Positions 59,164 through 64,000 of a stretch of 64,000 nt of DNA are shown here, in pieces. Every line of letters begins with the position of its first letter. Within the stretch, counting starts at the first letter, position 1. The stretch comes from Saprolegnia diclina VS20 (lineage: Eukaryota). Position numbers and translations under genes: made by a program. Below the pieces are notes generated by a model, which ran no database searches, was not told the origin of the DNA, and worked only from the letters and a program-made list of their open reading frames with translations. The stretch lies in NCBI RefSeq assembly GCF_000281045.1, contig NW_008246083.1:438235-502234 (forward strand), written 5' to 3'.

Positions 59164-60016
59164 ATAGTATGTCGAGACGAGTCGTGTTGTTTGTCAATAA
59201 TGGAGTTCCAAGTTTTGAGTCGTCCGGAGTGTCTTATTGTCCACAGAACTCTCGTACACACTAGACTAGCTGCAACTATCGACTAGGAAGGACAATGGGG
59301 GGAAATAACGTTGTATTGTGCTCGTACCCTTTGAAGACACAACGGTGCAAACGTGTTGTGTCATAACTAAGGAAGCGCCCAAACACTGCTTGGCAAGCAG
59401 GTTGCTGAAGCGCCGAGATCTGAGCACGAACGCGAGTGCTGTGACTACAGCTGTACATTGTAAAAGCGTTCTCTATGTGTGCTCTTCGTGTGCAATCAGA
59501 GGGTTGTGTATAGGACGACGCTTCAATCGCACCTGCTTTATTGTAGCGTGCCACAATGCCACTCGAAATCACACTCGGGCCGAGCGATCTGAGTCGCCGG
59601 GATCAAGTAATGACATTGCCGTGAGAGAAGTCACGTTCGTTTGACATGCATACAGATCATGGCGCGCAAAAGCATGCGCTGGGTCGGAAGTTGTGCAGAG
59701 GGCGTCGTGGCTTCACGCTTGCTCACGTTCCATTGCTCTTTGCCATCGCCATCCGAAGCCAGGGTACGGTTATTAGCTGAGTGTTTGGCTTCGGTTATAA
59801 ATATGCATTTGAAGCCGACACTGTATCTTCATTACCAGCTATTGTATGCATATATATCCCTCAGATTGACTCATTTCGAACGCCATCTGGAACTACCGCA
59901 GACCAAACAGCAGGTCGGAGCGAGAGCGCGAGAGCCGTCCGTTGTCCGTATGTCTGCGTTGAGGGCTCGCCAAGAGCAAACTCACTTCTGTATTCTCTCT
60001 TCTTGACACAATCACC

Positions 60017-61525
60017 ATGCTCTCAGTCTCCAAGCTCGCTGTCTGCTTGGGTCTCCTTGCGTCGAGTGCGATGGGGCAATACTGCTTTCAGTCGGTCGAG
60101 AAGATCGGTGCCGACCAGAGCTACAACTTGACGCTCTCCGCCGACGTCTCAACCAAGACCATCACGCACGACAAGGCCACGTACATTGCGCTGCACTTTA
60201 ACCAGCTCGACTTGCCGCATGGCGCGTCGGTCACCGTGAGCGCGCCGGACGGTCAGAACGCAGTCACGTACACGGGCAAGCACAGCGACTTTTACGCCGA
60301 GTTCATTCGTGGCGACGCCGCCAAGGTCACATACCACGCGCCGTCAAACGGCCACGGCGCGTCGCCCGTCATCTCGATCGACCGGTACGCCAGTGGGTTC
60401 CCGGAGGACAGCCAGAAGCACCCCGAGGCCATTTGCGGCAAAGACGACTCAGAAGCCTCCATGTGCTACAAGGACAAGAAGCCAACACAGTACAAGAAGG
60501 CGCAGGCCGTCGCTCGTCTCTTCATGAACGGTTCTGGGCTCTGCACCGGCTGGCTCTTTGGCTCGGAAGGTCACTTGATCACGAACAACCACTGCATCGG
60601 TGACGCGGGTGCGGCCAAGAACGTCCAAGTCGAGTTCGCGGCCGAGTGCGCGACGTGCGACGACCCGAACAACACCAAACAGCTCGGGTGCAAGGGCAAG
60701 GTCGTCGCCTCCAGCGTCGAGTTTATCCACACCAACAAGGCCCTCGACTACACGCTCGTCAAGATCAACTCCAAGGACCTCGCTTCGTACGGGTACCTCA
60801 CGGCGCGCGAGTCGGGGCCGGTCCTTGGCGAAGAGATTTACATCCCGCAGCACCCCGGTGGCAAGCCGACGCGCATTGCTGTCAAGCTCGACAACGGTCA
60901 GCCGGGTACGATCGAAGACATGGGCCACTCGTCGTGCGTCGAAGACGAAGTGGGCTACATGGTGGACACGGAGGGCGGGTCGTCGGGCTCGCCGGTGCTC
61001 AGTGCCAAAGACAACTCGGTCATCGCGCTGCACAACTGTGGTGGCTGCCTCAACGGTGCTGTCAAGATCGACAAGATCGTCAAGGATCTCAAGAGCATCA
61101 ACAAGCTCCCGAAGAACGCCCTTGATGGTGGCAAGTCGCCCACGCCCAAGCCCAGCGACCAGCCATCGCCCAAGCCCAGCGACAAGCCATCGCCCAAGCC
61201 CACGTACGATCCGACGGATAGTCCCAGCGACGACCCGAGCGACGACCCGAGTGACGACCCTACGGACAAGCCGACTGACAAGCCGACGACCAAGCCGACG
61301 ACCAAGCCCTCCAAGCGTCCGCGCCCGTCGACGCCCCGCCCTGTCACGAAGAAGCCGAGCAGCAAGCCGACGGCGCCCCCTTCGAATGGCGCCAAGAAGG
61401 TCTGGGAACAGTGCGGTGGCAAGGACTACACGGGGAGCGCCTCGTGCGGCGAGAACCTCACGTGCGTTCGCGTCGACGAGTGGTACTCGCAGTGCGTGCC
61501 TGGCATTGGTTTCCACTGGAACTAA
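60017..61525 (+). CDS. Secreted S1 serine protease with Pro/Ser/Thr linker and C-terminal CBM1
   Basis: Signal peptide, intact catalytic triad, PSD/PTD repeats, WEQCGGKDYTGSASCGENLTCVRVDEWYSQC (CBM1). Confidence 0.93.
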   Translation: MLSVSKLAVCLGLLASSAMGQYCFQSVEKIGADQSYNLTLSADVSTKTITHDKATYIALHFNQLDLPHGASVTVSAPDGQNAVTYTGKHSDFYAEFIRGDAAKVTYHAPSNGHGASPVISIDRYASGFPEDSQKHPEAICGKDDSEASMCYKDKKPTQYKKAQAVARLFMNGSGLCTGWLFGSEGHLITNNHCIGDAGAAKNVQVEFAAECATCDDPNNTKQLGCKGKVVASSVEFIHTNKALDYTLVKINSKDLASYGYLTARESGPVLGEEIYIPQHPGGKPTRIAVKLDNGQPGTIEDMGHSSCVEDEVGYMVDTEGGSSGSPVLSAKDNSVIALHNCGGCLNGAVKIDKIVKDLKSINKLPKNALDGGKSPTPKPSDQPSPKPSDKPSPKPTYDPTDSPSDDPSDDPSDDPTDKPTDKPTTKPTTKPSKRPRPSTPRPVTKKPSSKPTAPPSNGAKKVWEQCGGKDYTGSASCGENLTCVRVDEWYSQCVPGIGFHWN

Positions 61526-61588
61526 ACCTTTGTAGCGTCTTTGTAACCTAAACACCATGTCTTCTACTGTGTACACAATTGTCCATAT

Positions 61589-63311
61589 CTACGCCAGCCA
61601 CGGCGAGTTGTCGGCGCCAAACTCGACCCCGAGACCGCGGTTGCCACTCGGAAGGTGCACGCGGCCGACCGCGAAGTGGGGTGCCGGTGCTGTTGGGGAC
61701 ACGAGGGCGTCGGGGCGCACACGCTTGCCAGTGTCAAGCCCAAAACGCGCCAAGTCGACGCGCGACAAGAGGCTTAGTCGCGTGATCTCAATCAGGTGGT
61801 TGTCGGCGTCGTAGCCAAAGACGTAGCAGTCGTTGCCATTCTGGCCTACGGTCATCATGCTCCGAAAGCGCGAGTCGATGTTGAAGAGATCGTAGACGCT
61901 GCCACCGAGCACGCGTCGGCCTACACCTCGTACGTGACGGCGCATGCGAGTGAGATTCGTACCAGAGTAAATGTGCTGAAGGCGACAGTACCACGCCATG
62001 AGGCGATAACGCACATCGCGGGGGCCCCCCACCGGCACCTAACGAGACTCGCAAACGACTGCAAAGCAGCAGGGAAACACCTACTTGGGTGTACTTGACA
62101 ATAGGATGCATCCACTCTCGGAGCCGGCGAAGTGTGAACCGGGGAATCGCCAGCAAAAAAGGGATCCCACAGAGCGAGATCGAGTACAAGATGGACGCCG
62201 GAAGTGCCTGCGTCGTGTAGTACTCGCTGTCGCTCGGTGCCTCGGCCAGAGGCTTGGAGATGTGGGTGTAGAGCAAGAGCGTCGGGAGCCACGCATTTTG
62301 CGCATTCGTCGAGAGACCTGCAAAGGTGAACGATGCCATCGCGACGACGGTCGTGCTGCTCGGGCGAAAGAGCGCGGCGCGGCGGCGCCACTTGAGGTAC
62401 CGGTTCAGCGCCGTCAGCGTCGCGTACGAGAACCAGACCGACCGACTGAGAAACATCGCGCCGAGGCCCGTGTAGTAGAGGGCTTTGGTCTGGGACACGC
62501 GTAAAATGGCTTGGGCCACGACTTCTACGCTGCTCCAAAAGTCGACCATAAAGACGGCAATCACGAGCGGGTGACACACCACGAGCGACGTGGGTTCGCC
62601 AAACACAATTTCGTATCGCACCGCGTTCGTGGGCGTCGGGTGCAGCGGGTGCGACCGCAGTAATCGGCGCAGCGTCCGCACGTGGCGGTAGTAGAGGCGG
62701 TAGGCCTCAACACCGATGAGCAGGCTCAGACCAAAGCGGACGCAAAACTTGGTCGTGAGCCAAAACAGCGAGTAGCGCACAGTTGCGTACATGAAGGTAA
62801 TCGTCGTCGCCGTGGTTGCACTGGCGCCGGCGCCGGTCACGTCGCCCGGCGACGACCAGAACGCGAAGACGCCCGTGGGCGCGTTCATCATGTAGGCAGT
62901 GCCGACCCGAGCGATCGGCGTCGACGACCTGCCGCAGAGAAAGGCCGTGAGTTTCGATGGCAGGTCGAACGGGCAGTAGATGCTGCCGGTGATGCGCGTG
63001 AGGACTTGGTCGTTGCAGCCACTGGCGTTGTACGGCACGACGTTGCGCACAATCTCAGCGCTGAGCGACGCGTCATAAGTGTACGGGGACGTGACGTTGA
63101 CGAAGCGCGCTTGCAGCGTTTTGGCAAAGGCCATCGAGACGGTGTGGTTGACCTCCGGGATCGCGTTGGCCGAGACGAGTGCAAACTGCTTGTCATCAAA
63201 GGGAGATGCTTCGCTCATGTACGCCTTCAACGGCATGAGCACAAGGTTGAGGAGGAAGCCGAGGCTCAAGACCACTGAGACGCGGTTGTATCGCACGTTG
63301 TCCATGCTCAC
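61589..63311 (-). CDS. Multi-pass membrane protein of a second oomycete hypothetical family, multi-exon
   Basis: NLVLMPLKAYMSE, YEIVFGEPTSLV, FLSRSVWFSY and a last exon GGSVYDLF...GNDCY...GADNSPWLA*. Confidence 0.75.
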
Positions 63312-64000
63312 GCCGACTATTTTTATCGCTTGGGGAAAGGACAGACAAAGGACCTTTCATGGTTTCTGCATTGGGGTCAGTGGGGTCAGCGCGGCAAAGC
63401 GCCATTGAACTCAACATCATTGAAGCTCTCGTCTTGACTGGACCCTATATTGATGGACCGCGCCGCTATTGCCTCTTTTCTTGACAGGGCGATTCGTCAA
63501 GCCCGACACCTTGGACTGAAAGCAGTATACAATGGCAGCATACAACGTCGTTGGCTCGAATTTGCGTATTAATTTGTGCACTAGGCTCGTTGCTGGTGCT
63601 GTACATTTGGGCAGCCCTATCCCTTGCTCCCTCAGAATTGGGCCGAGTAGAGCTACACGTCAGCCTTAAAGTTCACGATCGCTAGCTCATTCGCCGCATC
63701 CGTAGCTTGCACTAGTGTCCTTGCGACTGCACGTAAGAAATGAGTGGCTCAGTGTCGGCTGCTTGAGCCACAAAGCTTTGTCGATAGCTCCACCCACAAC
63801 TCTGTGTTTCGACAGTCGAAGAAAGGAGTCATAGCAATGAGTGAAGGTCCGTGCAGGACCACTGCAGTGGATTGTCGGGCCCTTACAAAGTGCAAGCTCA
63901 TGACGTGGCCGTTTCTGGGATCAGCACGGATTAGACAGTGATTGAAGTCCCTTGTCTGCCGTCCGACCACGTTGATGACATGGTGTGTTGCTGCGACTCG

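Noticed and set aside
61141..61310. Short tandem repeats (cccagcgac, ccgacg)
   Set aside because: They encode the Pro/Ser/Thr/Asp linker of the protease-CBM1 gene.
63400..64000. Short ORFs at the right edge
   Set aside because: No coding bias or motif that I could recognise; treated as intergenic.

Overview
Eukaryotic, GC-rich, gene-dense scaffold with very short (about 40-60 nt) GT-AG introns and five N gaps. Gene content points to a saprolegnialean oomycete, probably Saprolegnia (inference from the CBM1-protease fusion, lineage-typical large membrane protein families and an oomycete-type Cav channel). Housekeeping genes: HEATR3/Syo1, LSM3, NOL6/Utp22, NOL9/Grc3, a TenA-ThiD thiamine-salvage fusion, an ENT transporter, an EF-hand protein, a PX protein, a four-domain Cav-like channel and an RCC1-IPT protein. 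Accessory content: three secreted S1 proteases, four large multi-pass membrane proteins and ankyrin genes. Two observations stand out. (1) Four paralogous genes carry a divergent UNC119/PDE-delta-like (acyl-binding fold) domain with a shared GCxxC insert. Three are visibly fused to ankyrin repeats and the fourth is inferred to be. One sits head-to-head with an ankyrin gene whose spliced product begins with the N-myristoylation-type sequence MGQTQS. (2) Two near-identical large membrane-protein genes differ sharply only in an internal block of about 200 aa. All family assignments are by-eye motif recognition, and exon boundaries are manual and approximate.
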